Program-made: the position numbers and the translations under genes
Assembly: GCA_965153285.1 (NCBI GenBank)
Contig: OZ229115.1
DNA length: 64,000 nt
Source: Podarcis tiliguerta
Taxonomy: Eukaryota
Reading direction: 5' to 3' (one strand)
Shown: positions 63,093-64,000 of the stretch, in pieces
Position numbering within the stretch: the first letter of the stretch is position 1
How the letters are laid out: the number at the start of each line of letters is the position of its first letter
Notes under the pieces: model-generated
Database searches by the model: none
What the model was told of the DNA's origin: nothing
Seen by the model: the letters and a program-made list of their open reading frames with translations, nothing else

Positions 63093-63359
63093 GTCCCTAA
63101 GCATGTGACTCAGCTCGTCCTTGCTCTACCCAGTCTGGAAAAAAGAGAATTCATTTCTGATGCAGTGCCCTGGGTGATTTCTGTCAAACCCTCCATCACC
63201 CAGTTCTGCAATGCCTCAGACACCAGTGCCCACTCTCACATACCCAACCCTCCAACTAAAGCACTCAAGTGCCCCAATTGCAAGTGTGCCTGTTCTACAT
63301 AAGTGCCTATACCCTCTTTCCCACTCCACAATATCTGATGGGTCGATTTCCATGATTAC

Positions 63360-63597
63360 CTGTGTTCCCAGCCCCAGCAGGATGAGCATGAAGAAGAAGA
63401 GAACAGACCAAAGGGGCGAGATAGGAAGTAGTGTCAGTGCCTCTGGATATGCCACGAAGGCCAAGCCAGGACCATGGTCAGCCACCTTGGAAACATCCAC
63501 ACCTAGATGATTGGCCATGAAGCCAAGGATGGAGAAGATGACGAAACCTGCATAGACACTTGTGGCGCAGTTGGTGATGCTGATGATGATGCTGTCT
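63360..63597 (-). CDS. SLC6A9: SLC6A9 exon ([18 protein letters not shown]...[13 protein letters not shown]...LGLGTQ)
   Basis: 238 nt; acceptor CCAACAG, donor GTAATC. Confidence 0.97.
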
Positions 63598-64000
63598 CTG
63601 TTGGAAGTGGGAGGACATGTCACATTATGAGACACCAGGGAAAGGGTCAAAGAATGAGCCTTGGAGGTGGAGAGAAGGAGAGATTATTTCAGCCATGAAA
63701 AAATCACTGAATGAAGGAGGAAAAGGTCAAGCGAATGGTTTCAATGTATCTCATGTACTTTGCATTCTCTAAAGCTAAAGCACTTCTAACTCTCAACAAT
63801 ATCACCAGAGACCCTCTGTAGAGCCCCAAGTAAGCAGCTCTGATTTTTGGAGGAACAAAAAAGCGTAAGACACAAAATTGAAATTTTAAAAGGAGTAGGG
63901 GAAATCACCTCTTACTTCCCTTAACAAAGTATGGCTGACATATGTATGAGGTAACTAGTCCACCGTGTTTAATTCTGAACACATGCCCTATATTAGGGGT

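Larger units (their letters stand above)
59943..63597 (-). other. SLC6A9: Partial gene model: sodium- and chloride-dependent glycine transporter 1, last six coding exons
   Basis: complement(join(59943-60161,60269-60439,60799-60899,62260-62359,62467-62601,63360-63597)); SLC6 TM7-TM12 with GlyT1-type sequence; upstream exons lie outside the window. Confidence 0.97.

Overview
Eukaryotic (vertebrate) genomic DNA, almost certainly from a squamate and probably a lacertid lizard, judged from Sauria-type and Squam-type SINEs and short hAT/Tc1 MITEs. I reconstructed five multi-exon genes by hand from GT-AG splice sites and frame continuity. (1) ATP6V0B, + strand, 8 coding exons, 1346-15935, 205 aa. 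(2) B4GALT2, + strand, one non-coding exon plus 6 coding exons, CDS 30687-37507, 371 aa. (3) A secreted Brorin/VWC2-family gene, - strand, 3 coding exons, 43461-39618, about 210-220 aa. (4) CCDC24, + strand, 8 coding exons, 45640-57427, 383 aa. (5) The last six coding exons of SLC6A9/GlyT1, - strand, 63597-59943; the gene continues past the window. The order ATP6V0B-B4GALT2-CCDC24-SLC6A9 matches the human 1p34 block as I recall it, except for the extra VWC gene. That gene looks like an intact third Brorin paralogue with no known counterpart at this position in mammals, and it shares a CpG-island promoter head-to-head with CCDC24; this is the main finding. Other leads are an RFX X-box at CCDC24, a miR-96/miR-137 site cluster in the GlyT1 3'UTR beyond a proximal poly(A) signal, similar CCAAT+GTCACGTG promoter modules at ATP6V0B and B4GALT2, overlapping uORFs, and a G.U-rich intronic hairpin. 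Comparisons to human proteins and repeat families are from memory, not from database searches. Nearly all ORFs in the supplied track are spurious or partial exons.
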